In this document: positions 18,408 through 27,958 of the stretch, in pieces | Position numbering within the stretch: position 1 is the first letter of the stretch | Layout: each line of letters starts with the position of its first letter | Assembly (NCBI RefSeq): GCF_900538805.1 | Contig: NZ_UPZP01000001.1 | Coordinates: 555 to 64,554, forward strand | Direction of reading: 5' to 3' | Length of the DNA stretch: 64,000 nt | Source of the DNA: an uncultured Dialister sp. | GTDB lineage: Bacteria; Bacillota; Negativicutes; Veillonellales; Dialisteraceae | The notes under the pieces: model-generated | What the model was told of the DNA's origin: nothing | Databases searched by the model: none | The model's input: the letters and a program-made list of their open reading frames with translations, nothing else | Program-made: the position numbers and the translations under genes

Positions 18408-18707
18408 GGCGTCCTTCGGGCGCAAAGGTTCTTAAGTTTAACCGGCCTGATGGCCGGAGGGTGTTGGTTTGACAGGCCCTTGCGGGCCTGAGGGTTGTGT
18501 GGAGGGAGAATACTGAGCCCCAGACGAAGAATTCCGGTGCCTGCCAATAGTGATACCCACCAGCCGATAGCCCACTAGCTCACCAGCCCACTAGCTCACC
18601 AGCCCACTAGCCCACCAGCCCACTAGCTCACCAGCCCACCAGCCCACTAGCCCACTAGCCCACTAGCCCACTAGCCCACTAGCCCACCAGCCCACTAAGA
18701 ACATTAT
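18408..18707. repeat. Composite repeat element, locus 5, ending in a long CCCACTAG/CCCACCAG array.
   Basis: GGTTCTTAAG modules and cUUCGg hairpins, followed by ~20 tandem 8-mers (18540-18700). Confidence 0.85.
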
Positions 18708-18723
18708 ATCCAAAATGAGGTAA

Positions 18724-18757
18724 GAAAAAAACGGCGCAGCCCATGCTGCGTCGTTTT
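18724..18757 (-). terminator. Rho-independent terminator downstream of skp.
   Basis: The minus-strand RNA aaaaacgacgcagcatgggctgcgccguuuuuuu forms a hairpin followed by a U-run. Confidence 0.7.
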
Positions 18758-18767
18758 TCCGTTTTCA

Positions 18768-19184
18768 TTATTTTGCCAGTTTCTGGGCAACGGCGGAGGT
18801 TACATCTACGCCGCCGTCTACTACGGCACCCTGTTCAAGGATGATATCCAGTCCCTTTTCCTGACGAACCTGCTGGATGGCTTTCATAATGTCGGAAAGG
18901 ATTGGCTGCATGGCAGCTCTTTCTTTCTGGTCCATTTCCTTCTGCAGTTCTGTAGCAATCTGCTGTTTTTCCTGGTCAGTCTTGCCTGCAGAGCGGCTCT
19001 TGAAAGCTTCTTCTGCCTTCTGGGCAGCGGTTCTCATATCAAGCTGGGCCTTCTGCATTTTCGGATGAGCCTGGAGAAGGGCATTGGAATTTACAAATCC
19101 GATTCCTGCTGCGGAAGCGGAGAACATAGCGCCAAATGCGATCATACCAGCAGCGACAGCTGCTACTGCTTTATTCATTTTCAT
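18768..19184 (-). CDS. skp: OmpH/Skp-family periplasmic chaperone.
   Basis: Signal peptide plus a coiled-coil, lysine- and glutamine-rich 138 aa protein; AGGAGG 6 nt upstream. Confidence 0.75.
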   Translation of the reverse strand: MKMNKAVAAVAAGMIAFGAMFSASAAGIGFVNSNALLQAHPKMQKAQLDMRTAAQKAEEAFKSRSAGKTDQEKQQIATELQKEMDQKERAAMQPILSDIMKAIQQVRQEKGLDIILEQGAVVDGGVDVTSAVAQKLAK

Positions 19185-19285
19185 AGTTTCCTCCTAACTG
19201 CGCCCCCGTGATTCGGGAGCCTCAAGGGAAGCGCCGATCGTCACCCTCGGGACGAATCAGTGCTTACCAGGTAAGCATAGTTTAA

Positions 19286-19314
19286 TTTTAATCAAAGAAT
19301 CGACAGGTGTCAAT
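19286..19314 (-). promoter_or_regulatory. Putative sigma-70 promoter for skp, followed by a ~95-nt structured leader.
   Basis: Minus strand reads TTGACA-17nt-TAAAAT. The leader carries nested hairpins (cuuaccugguaag; ugauucg...cgaauca). Confidence 0.4.
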
Positions 19315-19370
19315 GGGCAGGAAGGGATTTCTGGGGAAATCTCGCATCTGATTGGCAGAAATGGAAATTT

Positions 19371-19794
19371 CTATTTTCCCTTGGCTTCGATAGCCGCCGT
19401 TTCCGCTTCCTCCGCCATGGCTTCCTTGGCTTCCTTCAGCGCCGCTTCCCGCACTTCTTCCTTCTTTTCCTTTTTCTTTGTGAAATGGGAAATCACTTCC
19501 GGCACCATGTTGATGACCTTGTCAATGGTTCCGTTGGCGGTGGCGTTCTTAATGGAGAAGAGCTCCACCCTTTCCCCCTTCATGATGAGCACCGCCGTGG
19601 GGGTCACTTTGCCGCCGCCTGCGCCGCCGGAGGTATTGCCGCCGTGGGCGCCGCTGCCGAAGCCGAAGGAAATATCCACGAAAGGAACGATGGTGGCATC
19701 CCCCAGATAGATGGGCTCTCCTACCACCGATTCCGTGGTAATCATTTTTTTGAAATCATCAAAAATCTGCTTTCTTACTTCATCATCCATTGTC
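19371..19794 (-). CDS. ytfJ: YtfJ/GerW-family sporulation protein.
   Basis: GEPIYLGDATIVPFVDISFGFG...GGGKVTPTAVLIMKGERVELFSI is characteristic of the family. ATG 19794 with AAGGGGGAA upstream. Confidence 0.8.
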
Positions 19795-20541
19795 ATTTCC
19801 CCCTTGTCTGAAATGCCAGAATTCTCTTGCCGGTTTGGACAGGGCAAGTTTTATCAGTATATACAGCACATACAGCGGAATGAGCCGGCCCCGGCTCTTT
19901 CCTGTCAGTGTACACTCTTTATCCACATAATTCCACCGGATTTCCTCCGCCGCCTTCGGCAGGAAAGCATAGACCATGCCGCAGAGGATGCCCGTATGCA
20001 TGGGGTCCCCCAGGCCCAGGTTTCCTTTTACTTCCAGGGTTTTGGGAAATCCGTGGGAAATCAGAAGGGAAAGGCTTCCAAGGCATCGCTCCACCAGACC
20101 GTTTTCCAGTGCAAACCGGAACTGGGCAAGGTAGGAGGGATGGGCCTTTTCCTTTGGAGGAGGCGTCTCTTCCTCGTCTTTATGGGAAATGGAAATTTCT
20201 TCCTCCCCATTTCCCTTTTCCTCAGAACCGGTCGGCCCAATTTCTTCTTTTTCTTTCTTATCCGGAACTTCTTCATCCCCCGGACCGGCAGGGCCCATGG
20301 TCTCCTCCCATGCATCCAGTGCATGGTCCAGCTCCTCCATGGCCTCCTCATCATCCTCCTCTTCCGGCTCCTCTTGATCATCATGAAGGGAGAAGACCTT
20401 CCTTTTGGAAACCAGCCCCAAAAGCAGGGACACCTTGATTTCCAATTTCCATTTCTCAAAGGAAAGGGAATAGGAAAAAGAAAGAAGCAGGATAAGGAAT
20501 ACCAGGGCAAGGAGCGCCGCCACGATTTCTACGATGATCAT
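19783..20541 (-). CDS. DUF2953-like membrane protein (ytfI-like) with an acidic low-complexity insert.
   Basis: N-terminal transmembrane segment, an E/D/P-rich linker, then the conserved C-terminal FRFALENGL..GDPMHTGILCG block. Start overlaps the upstream stop as ATGA. Confidence 0.6.
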   Translation of the reverse strand: MIIVEIVAALLALVFLILLLSFSYSLSFEKWKLEIKVSLLLGLVSKRKVFSLHDDQEEPEEEDDEEAMEELDHALDAWEETMGPAGPGDEEVPDKKEKEEIGPTGSEEKGNGEEEISISHKDEEETPPPKEKAHPSYLAQFRFALENGLVERCLGSLSLLISHGFPKTLEVKGNLGLGDPMHTGILCGMVYAFLPKAAEEIRWNYVDKECTLTGKSRGRLIPLYVLYILIKLALSKPAREFWHFRQGGNDNG

Positions 20542-21548
20542 GGCGACCCATAGAGACGGCAGAGCCCGTCGGCCGCCTCCTTGACCTCCTTCACCAGGTA
20601 CGACGGCGCCGTCACCTTCACCAGAGGCGCATGTTTCAGGGCCCAGGCCTTCATGGCGGAAGCGGGGATGGTCACTTCCACTGTCACCAGATCCTGCCGG
20701 GCGGACACCAGATGGGCTGCCTTGCCAAAATCATCCACAATATCACTCATAAGATGCCAGTCCGCCTCAAAGCTGCAGAGCACCGGATTTCCTATATAAA
20801 CACCGTGATAGGCAAAGAGCGCATCCGAAAGCTTTCCGCCCTGCTCCACGCTTTCCAGAGATTTCTGCAGCCGCGCCGGCTCTTCAAGCACCGTCACCTC
20901 CGACATCATGTCCGCCTTGAAAATGGAAATGCCCTCGCTTCCCTCCTCATTGCAGAGAAGGAAGTACCGGTCATCCGAGGCCACCAGCTGGTAGGGACTC
21001 ACACGGTACAATTTGTCCTCGCCGGACACCGTATAGCCATGGTGTTTTTTCCCGTCCGCTTCATAGTGGTCGTAGTAGAAGGAAATCTGCTTCTTCTGCG
21101 TTATGGCCCGAGACAGAAGCGCCAGCACCCCTTCCGACTCTCCCGGCCGTCCCAGGGCAGGCAGGTTCTTTATATTTTCCTTCCCGTCATCAAAGGTGCG
21201 GCTCTGCAGCCGTTTCAGCTTTTCCGCCAGCTGCCGTACCTGCTGGGATGGAAGATGGGAAAAATAGAGAATATCCATAAGCACCTTCAGCTCATTCTGG
21301 GGCAGCACATGATCCCAGTACCAGTCCAGAGCCAGAAGAGCCTCCTTTCCGTTCACCACCCGCATAACCTCCCGGCACACCACCGGCAGGCCCGCGTCCT
21401 TCAGGCGGTTCAGATTCCGCCCGATGGACTTCCTGTTCACCGTCATGCCGTACTCCGCTTCCATGAAATCAAGGATTTCCTGCTGGGTCAGCGGATGGTC
21501 CCGGTCCGACTCCCGAAAAAGGACCTGGGCAATCCGCATAATGGACAT
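20538..21548 (-). CDS. WYL-domain transcriptional regulator (HTH-WYL-WCX).
   Basis: N-terminal winged helix-turn-helix (MSIMRIAQVLFRES...QQEILDFM). Central WYL-like YRVSPYQLVASDDRYFLLC. ATG at 21548. Confidence 0.78.
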   Translation of the reverse strand: MSIMRIAQVLFRESDRDHPLTQQEILDFMEAEYGMTVNRKSIGRNLNRLKDAGLPVVCREVMRVVNGKEALLALDWYWDHVLPQNELKVLMDILYFSHLPSQQVRQLAEKLKRLQSRTFDDGKENIKNLPALGRPGESEGVLALLSRAITQKKQISFYYDHYEADGKKHHGYTVSGEDKLYRVSPYQLVASDDRYFLLCNEEGSEGISIFKADMMSEVTVLEEPARLQKSLESVEQGGKLSDALFAYHGVYIGNPVLCSFEADWHLMSDIVDDFGKAAHLVSARQDLVTVEVTIPASAMKAWALKHAPLVKVTAPSYLVKEVKEAADGLCRLYGSP

Positions 21549-21586
21549 TTTGCTTCCCCTGTCGCTCCGTTCCCCTGCCATCAAGC

Positions 21587-22174
21587 TCACCGCCCTCTGA
21601 TTTTCCGAACGGCTTCATCACTGATGAAAGAAGAAATCATAGTGAAAAAGCGGATAAACGGTGAATCGGCAATCAAGCGAAGGCCCCGGTGCACCAAGAA
21701 GGCAACCGCCGTGCCGCCCAGAAGGTCGCTGGGATAGTGGACCCCCGCAAAGAGCCGGGAAAAGGCAAGGATAAAGGCCATGGCAGCCATTACCTTAGAC
21801 CCCTTCATACGCATGGAAAGAAGCTCCATCACCACCACCGCCCCGTTCATGGTGTGGTTGCTGGGGAAAGACGCATTGGCCTTATGGCCCGTAAAATTCC
21901 AGATCCGATAATCCCTGGTAAAAGGCCGTTTCCGCAGCCATATCTTTCCAATGGCAAAGGAAATCAGGGACGCCGCGCACACGCCCAGAAAAGAAAGGAT
22001 GCAGCAGCGCCGCCGTTCCTCCCGCCCCTTCCCCGGCTCGAACCAGAGAAGCAGACCGTAAATCACAAATGCCCAATGCCCGTAGCGGGTAATCAGATCC
22101 ATCATCAGGTCAAAGGGCCGCACCCTGCCGGCGAGCCCATTGATTTTCCGTACTATATCCAAATCCGGATTCAT
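21587..22174 (-). CDS. PAP2-family phosphatase (membrane).
   Basis: KxxxxxxRP / PSGH / SRxxxxxHxxxD motifs present (RKRPF..., FPSNHT, SRLFAGVHYPSD). ATG 22174 with AAGAGGTG upstream. Confidence 0.8.
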   Translation of the reverse strand: MNPDLDIVRKINGLAGRVRPFDLMMDLITRYGHWAFVIYGLLLWFEPGKGREERRRCCILSFLGVCAASLISFAIGKIWLRKRPFTRDYRIWNFTGHKANASFPSNHTMNGAVVVMELLSMRMKGSKVMAAMAFILAFSRLFAGVHYPSDLLGGTAVAFLVHRGLRLIADSPFIRFFTMISSFISDEAVRKIRGR

Positions 22175-22249
22175 GAAAAAGCACCTCTTTCCACAAGGAA
22201 GCCTACTTACTATTTTTAATTTTATCATAATACCCTTTGTTTGACAAAA

Positions 22250-22800
22250 AAGGGCGGCGGAGCCGGGTTCATGGACACGCCCTGACGGGCGTGAGGGTTC
22301 AAAAGGTTCAAAAGGTTCAAAAGGTTCAGAAGGTTCAAAGGGTGGTGGTATCGCCTTCGGCGATGAGTTTTATAGAATGCCGCTCCGTGGCAAGGAAACA
22401 TAAAGTCAGCATTATGCGACTCCCTCCCGCCGGACATGGTCATTCTAAGCGCAGCGAAGAATCTCGGTACACGGCAGCAGTGAATCACAGGCCGATAAAT
22501 ACCAGTCGGCGGAGAAGTACTACGATTCATACCGTAAACGTCTTAAGCCGGAACACCAGCACACCAGCTCACTAGTCTACGAGAACACTAAGCAGAGCAT
22601 TACATGACTTCCTCCCGCCGGACAGGGTCATTCTGAGCCGTAGGCGAAGAATCTCGGTACGCGGCAGCAGTGACTCATAGGCCGATAAATGCCAGTCGGC
22701 GGAGAAGTACTACAGTACATGCCGATAATGCCTCAGACTAGTACACCAGCTCGCCAGCCCACTAAAGAATCCCAGTCGGCGGGAAGGCATCGTCGGCGCC
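22250..22800. repeat. Composite repeat element, locus 6.
   Basis: GGTTCAAAAG x5, the hairpin atcgccTTCGgcgat, two core copies (gtcattctaagcgcagcgaagaatctcgg / gtcattctgagccgtaggcgaagaatctcgg), each followed by ...ccagtcggcggagaag, and CCACTAG tandems. Confidence 0.85.
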
Positions 22801-22835
22801 TTCATGCTATAATGAATCCACAAGAAAGGATTACC

Positions 22836-23516
22836 ATGAGAAAAGTACTGATTACCCTGGCTTCCATCCTGGCGGTGGTGGGTATTATCCTTCTGAACGC
22901 CCTCACCTTTTCTTCCCGCTATGCCAAGATGATGGAAACCACTGTCACCATCACCTCCGTCGACGATTCCTTCATGGGGAAAAAGATGAAAGAATTCTTT
23001 GCCCGGGAAGACCTGGAAGAAAAGCTGGCCCATGAAATGGAAGGGCTCCCTCTCTTCCCCAATCATCCGGAATACCATGAAGAGCTGGCCTCCCTTATGG
23101 TCTCTCTGGGGCGGGACGCCTCCCTGGAACAGGTCCGCTGCCAGGGAAGGCGCTACTATGGCGGATACCGTGTCCGCCTCTCCATTCCAAAAGAGGAAGC
23201 CATCCTCTGGAAAGACCGCCTCCGGAAAAGCCTTCCGGAAGGGCGCCTTGAATCCATCACCAACACAGACAAATCCCACATCCGCCTCCGCCAGTTCACA
23301 GGCTGGGAAGAAAAGACCGATAAAAACGGCAGTCCCTACCACCAGGGCACCGCCAGCTTCCTCTTGACCCAGGGCGGCATGACCCAGCTCGTCTACATCA
23401 CCGCCGTCATCATGGAACAGGATGACACCATCCTCACCCTTTTCATCTCCGACCATAAACAGGATACAAAGGGGATACCCTTCGATGAAATGTCCGGGCC
23501 CCGCCCCATGATGTGA
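22836..23516 (+). CDS. Hypothetical membrane-anchored protein.
   Basis: ATG 22836 is preceded by AAGGA and a TATAAT box. N-terminal transmembrane segment; no recognisable domain; repeats flank it on both sides. Confidence 0.55.
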   Translation: MRKVLITLASILAVVGIILLNALTFSSRYAKMMETTVTITSVDDSFMGKKMKEFFAREDLEEKLAHEMEGLPLFPNHPEYHEELASLMVSLGRDASLEQVRCQGRRYYGGYRVRLSIPKEEAILWKDRLRKSLPEGRLESITNTDKSHIRLRQFTGWEEKTDKNGSPYHQGTASFLLTQGGMTQLVYITAVIMEQDDTILTLFISDHKQDTKGIPFDEMSGPRPMM

Positions 23517-24300
23517 GGATTTCTCCACTTTATTGTGTCCCCGCTTGCGGGGTGGCAGGCGAACTTGGTTCGTAGGGGAGCAATAGCGACCTGAGAACCA
23601 AGTGAGACGCTTTCCTGTGGAGAAAGGTGGTGGCGTCAGCCACCAAAGGGGGCCCGCAGGGCGCGGCGGGTTGAAGGGTGATGGTGCTATGGGTCCATTC
23701 CGTGGACTGGGTTCATAGGGTTCATAGGGTTCAAGGGTTGTGGATTTCCGCCTTTGGCGGCAATGATTATAAAGTCAGCGTTACATGCTTACCCTTTGTA
23801 TCTCCAGTGCTTTCCTGTCATTTCGAGCGATGGTCATCGCCGGTGTGAATTTCCCTTTACATGAAGCCATTGAAACGGAGTCGAGAAATCTCCTCCCTGA
23901 ATGGCCCCTGTCAATAATGACTGATTTTAGTATAATTCCGGTGTTCCTCCCCTATTAAAGTTCCTTTCTCTGGAATGAGACTGCGTTACGTACACCCCAG
24001 ACAGGTCATTCTGAGCGCCAGCGAAGAATCTTGGTAAGAACTGTAAGTAACATAAACGCCAGTAAATACCGGCAGCCCGGAAAACGTACCAAATGACTCT
24101 TCACTTCCCGCGGCAGTCATTCTGAGCGCCAGCGAAGAATCTTGGTAAGAGCTGTAAGTGACAAGAACGCCAGTAACTACCGGCAGCCAGAAAAGCATGC
24201 TGAATGACTCATCCTCTTCCCTAGAAAACGTCTGAAGCCGGAAGTCTATCTTCTATCTTCTATCTTCTATCTTCTACCTTCTATCGTCTATCTTCTACCT
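23517..24300. repeat. Composite repeat element, locus 7.
   Basis: GC hairpin series, GGTTCATAGG tandems, one copy of the 120-bp unit (23805-23950), two tandem ~110-bp units in reverse orientation (23990-24235), and GATAGAA tandems. Confidence 0.85.
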
Positions 24301-24316
24301 TCCCATATTCTCCACT

Positions 24317-24346
24317 AAAAAAGAGCCCGTGAGAGCTCTTTTTTAG
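24317..24346 (-). terminator. Bidirectional hairpin terminator.
   Basis: aaaaaagagc-ccgtgaga-gctctttttt. Confidence 0.6.
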
Positions 24347-24564
24347 TCTTCCTTATTTTCCTCTTTTTTCCTCATGGCTTCTTCTCTCTGCTTATGGGCC
24401 CGGTCGTAGGCGCCGGTCCGTTTGAGGGCCATGGAAATGACGGCCACCACGGCACAGAGAAGAATGAAAAGGTTCACCGTAGTGACCCCTTCGCCAAAGC
24501 CGATACGGTAGATGGAGTAGAAGAGAACCACCACCAGCAGGAAATCCTGAAATTTTGAAAACAT
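24343..24564 (-). CDS. Small membrane protein (73 aa), hypothetical.
   Basis: Two hydrophobic helices and a basic, charged C-terminus; GGAGGAAGG lies 5 nt before the ATG. Confidence 0.5.
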   Translation of the reverse strand: MFSKFQDFLLVVVLFYSIYRIGFGEGVTTVNLFILLCAVVAVISMALKRTGAYDRAHKQREEAMRKKEENKED

Positions 24565-24655
24565 ACTGCCTTCCTCCGCTCATATATATATTCATACAAT
24601 AGCGGAAAGAAGTGTCTTCGTCAAGTAGGGGAATCGATTAATCCGCGGAAAGCCA

Positions 24656-25447
24656 TTACAGCCCCTTGGGGCTGTCTGCAATTTCCGCCATGCCGTAAAG
24701 AGCCGCTTTTCCCGCAAGCTGTATACGGTTTCCATCCATATGACCGTAAAGCATGCCGCCCCGGGCGGATGCCTGGTAGGCAATAATATCTTTCCTGCCC
24801 AGTTTCTTTGCCCAATAGGGGATGATGTGACAGTGGCCGCTTCCGCACACCGGGTCCTCGTCCACCAGGAGCTTCGGTGCAAAGGAGCGGGACACGCAGT
24901 CCGTATCACGCCCTCCGGCGGTAATGTTGAGGAGCAGTCCCTCCAGTGCCTTTACTCTTTCCATATCCGGCTGTGCCTTCCGAACGTCATCTTCATCGGG
25001 AAGCACGCAGAGCAGGTCCCGTCCCATCCACGCTTCCAGGGGCCTTATGCCTATGGCCTTTTCCATTTCATCCGTCACAGGCACAGGAGTCAGATGATAA
25101 GCGGGGAAATCCATTTCATAAAGGTCCCCCTTCTTCTTCACCGTCAAGGGACCGCTCAGCGTGTCAAAAACCACTTCATCCCTGTCCTTTTCGTAGAACC
25201 GGAAAAGGATATACCCCGAAGTCAGGGTAGCATGGCCGCAGAGGTCGATTTCTCCGCCCGGCGTAAACCAGCGCAGATGGTATCGCCCGCTTTCCCCCTT
25301 CACCATGAAAGCGGTTTCGGAAAAATGATTTTCCCCTGCAATGGCCATCATCATATCATCGGGAATCCATTTCTCCATCACGCACACCGCCGCCTGGTTT
25401 CCCTTAAAAATTTCATCAGTAAATGCGTCGGCCATATACTGTTTCAT
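24656..25447 (-). CDS. PhzF-family isomerase-like protein.
   Basis: MKQYMADAFTDEIFKGNQAAVCV... and ...GEIDLCGHATL are typical of the PhzF/DAP-epimerase-like fold. ATG 25447. Confidence 0.8.
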   Translation of the reverse strand: MKQYMADAFTDEIFKGNQAAVCVMEKWIPDDMMMAIAGENHFSETAFMVKGESGRYHLRWFTPGGEIDLCGHATLTSGYILFRFYEKDRDEVVFDTLSGPLTVKKKGDLYEMDFPAYHLTPVPVTDEMEKAIGIRPLEAWMGRDLLCVLPDEDDVRKAQPDMERVKALEGLLLNITAGGRDTDCVSRSFAPKLLVDEDPVCGSGHCHIIPYWAKKLGRKDIIAYQASARGGMLYGHMDGNRIQLAGKAALYGMAEIADSPKGL

Positions 25448-25593
25448 AGCTCTCACCCTTTCTGCATCACACTTTTCAATCATCTGCACAGCCTGTCCAT
25501 TGACAATATCATAACGCCGCCGTACTATGAAGACAATCTTGAAATTGTATGTATAGCAATTTGATGAAATCTGATTTTGCAAAGGAATATGAT

Positions 25594-26979
25594 ATGCCCA
25601 TCAATTCTTTCGACCATTATCCCCTCTCCTGGAAGCCTGTTTTATCAAGCCTTTCCAAGCCCTACTATCTTTCCCTGGCCGGTGATTTAGAAAAGAAAAT
25701 TCTTTCCGGTGAACTGCCGGAGGGCACCAGGCTCCCGCCGCAGCGCGAACTGGCAGACTATCTGGACCTGAATTATTCCACCATCACCAGGGTGTATAAT
25801 GCCTGCCGCCGGAAAGGACTGGTCTATGGTGTCACAGGTCGTGGCACTTTTGTGGCACCCCATGCTGCCGCATCCATCACCCTTGAGCATCCCTCCAGCC
25901 AAAAGGACATCATAGAAATGGGATTTATCAGCGGGTTTCCGGAACTGGCGGCCCCGGTGGAAACAGCCATGAAAAAAGTGCTTCATCAGAGCTATGTGCG
26001 AAGCCTTCTTTCCTATGAACACCCCTTCGGCTTTCCCCATCAGAGACTGCAGGCAGCAGAATGGCTGTCCCTGCTGGGCGTACATACCGATGCAGAGCAT
26101 ATTATCCTCTTTCAGGGTGCGGAAAATGCATTGACCACCGCCCTCTTTTCCCTTTTCCATCCGGGAGACCGCATTGCAGTAGACACCTACACCTACTCCA
26201 ACTTCATACTCCTTGCCAAAATGAAAGGGCTCTCCCTTGTCCCCATCGCGGGCGACAGGGAGGGCATGATTGCTGATGAACTGGACAGGGCCTGCAGAAA
26301 AATAAAAATTCATGGCATCTACCTCATGCCCTCCTGCTCCAATCCTACCAATATCATGATTTCTCCTGCCCGAAAAGAGGAACTGGCCTATGTGATAAAA
26401 AAGAATCACCTGATATTGATAGAAGACGACCTGTACAGCTGGCTTCGGGCAGAAGAAGGCAGGGCCATGATTTCCATCCATGACCTCACAGGCAGCCGGG
26501 CTTTCTATATTGCCAGCCTTACCAAATGCCTCTGTCCGGGCCTTCGCATCGCCTACGGTGCCTTTACCGATGATATGAAAAGCGACATGGAAGAAGGCTT
26601 TTCCAATATCAGCATCAAAACCTCCTCTCTGGATGCAGAAATCATGAATGAAATGCTTCTGTCCGGCTCCGCCCAAAAGCTGCTGCACCAAAAGGCAGCT
26701 CTGGCCAAAAAGACCTGCTCTCTGTTTGATTCCCTTTTCCCCAGTGTCCCTCCCCAGCCGCCCGGCTACTTCCGCTGGCTTCCCATTTCCGACAGCCGGC
26801 CCTTCGACCAGGTGGAAAAAGAATTTCTACAGCAGGGTATCCACGTTTACCACTCCGGCCGTTTCATGGCCGCGCCTCACGAGGAAAGCAGTTTTCTCCG
26901 CGTATCCCTATGCTCCGCAGGAAATATGGCACGGCTTCGCAGGGGGCTGGAGATAATCAAGAACCATATCCATGCATAA
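25594..26979 (+). CDS. MocR/GntR-family transcriptional regulator with a PLP aminotransferase-like domain.
   Basis: N-terminal winged helix-turn-helix (LPPQRELADYLDLNYSTITRVY) and a C-terminal fold-type-I aminotransferase domain. Divergent from the PhzF gene. Confidence 0.85.
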   Translation: MPINSFDHYPLSWKPVLSSLSKPYYLSLAGDLEKKILSGELPEGTRLPPQRELADYLDLNYSTITRVYNACRRKGLVYGVTGRGTFVAPHAAASITLEHPSSQKDIIEMGFISGFPELAAPVETAMKKVLHQSYVRSLLSYEHPFGFPHQRLQAAEWLSLLGVHTDAEHIILFQGAENALTTALFSLFHPGDRIAVDTYTYSNFILLAKMKGLSLVPIAGDREGMIADELDRACRKIKIHGIYLMPSCSNPTNIMISPARKEELAYVIKKNHLILIEDDLYSWLRAEEGRAMISIHDLTGSRAFYIASLTKCLCPGLRIAYGAFTDDMKSDMEEGFSNISIKTSSLDAEIMNEMLLSGSAQKLLHQKAALAKKTCSLFDSLFPSVPPQPPGYFRWLPISDSRPFDQVEKEFLQQGIHVYHSGRFMAAPHEESSFLRVSLCSAGNMARLRRGLEIIKNHIHA

Positions 26980-27043
26980 AAAAGCGCTGGCTCCATGGCG
27001 GAATCCGAGATCACCAGAGAGTCAGCGTTTTTTATTATATTCT

Positions 27044-27946
27044 TCAGCAGGTATGGCAGTCTTCGTAAATGCCCTTTTCCTTCAAGAGCTGAATCACAGT
27101 ATCCCCGATATCCGCCACAGTCTTCGCCACCGGGATACCTACAGCGTTCAGGGCCGCGATTTTTTCAGCCGCCGTGCCTTTGCCGCCGGAAATGATAGCG
27201 CCGGCGTGGCCCATGCGTTTGCCTGGAGGCGCCATGCGTCCTGCGATGAAGGCAGCCACCGGCTTCTTCATATTTTCATGAATCCAGGCAGCCGCCCTTT
27301 CTTCTGCGTTGCCCCCGATTTCACCAATCATGAGCACCGCTTCTGTTTCCGGATCCTCATTGAAGAGCTTCAGGGTATCGATGAAATCCATGCCCTTGAT
27401 AGGGTCACCGCCGATGCCGATGGCGGTGGTCTGTCCGATGCCGGCCTGGGTGAGCTGGAAGGTGGCTTCGTAGGTGAGGGTGCCGGACTTGGACACCACC
27501 CCCACATGGCCCTTCTTGTAAATCTGGGAAGGGATAATGCCGATATTGGCTTCTCCCACGGAAATGATGCCGGGGCAGTTCGGTCCGATGAGACGGGTCT
27601 TCTTGCCTTCCATGTAGCGGTGTACCTTTACCATGTCTTCCACTGGGATATGTTCCGTAATGCATACCACCAGCTCAAGACCTGCTTCCACGGCCTCCAG
27701 GATGGCGTCTGCTGCAAAGGGGGCAGGCACGAAAATGACGGAAGCATTGGCACCGGTCACTGCCACTGCGTCCCGGACGGTATTGAATACCGGTACGTTA
27801 CAGCATACCTGGCCTGCCTTGCCCGGTGCCGTGCCGCCTACGATGTTCGTGCCGTAAGCCTGCATCTGTTCCGTATGGAAACGGGCGGCCTTTCCTGTAA
27901 TGCCCTGTACAATGACCTTTGTATCTTTATGGATTAATATACTCAT
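27044..27946 (-). CDS. sucD: Succinyl-CoA synthetase alpha subunit.
   Basis: CoA-binding and ligase-CoA domains, with the active His region [14 protein letters not shown]. Confidence 0.95.
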   Translation of the reverse strand: MSILIHKDTKVIVQGITGKAARFHTEQMQAYGTNIVGGTAPGKAGQVCCNVPVFNTVRDAVAVTGANASVIFVPAPFAADAILEAVEAGLELVVCITEHIPVEDMVKVHRYMEGKKTRLIGPNCPGIISVGEANIGIIPSQIYKKGHVGVVSKSGTLTYEATFQLTQAGIGQTTAIGIGGDPIKGMDFIDTLKLFNEDPETEAVLMIGEIGGNAEERAAAWIHENMKKPVAAFIAGRMAPPGKRMGHAGAIISGGKGTAAEKIAALNAVGIPVAKTVADIGDTVIQLLKEKGIYEDCHTC

Positions 27947-27958
27947 GACCGACCCTCC

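Noticed and set aside
23530-23700. Highly structured GC-rich ~170-nt segment (ccccgcttgcgggg; acttggttc..gaaccaagt; ggtggcgtcagccacc) considered as a possible housekeeping ncRNA (tmRNA, SRP, RNase P, 6S).
   Set aside because: No match to the conserved cores of those RNAs. The same style of GC hairpin series, followed by GGTTCATAGG tandems and the REP-like hairpin, forms the front module of the composite repeat elements at other loci. It is treated as part of that family.
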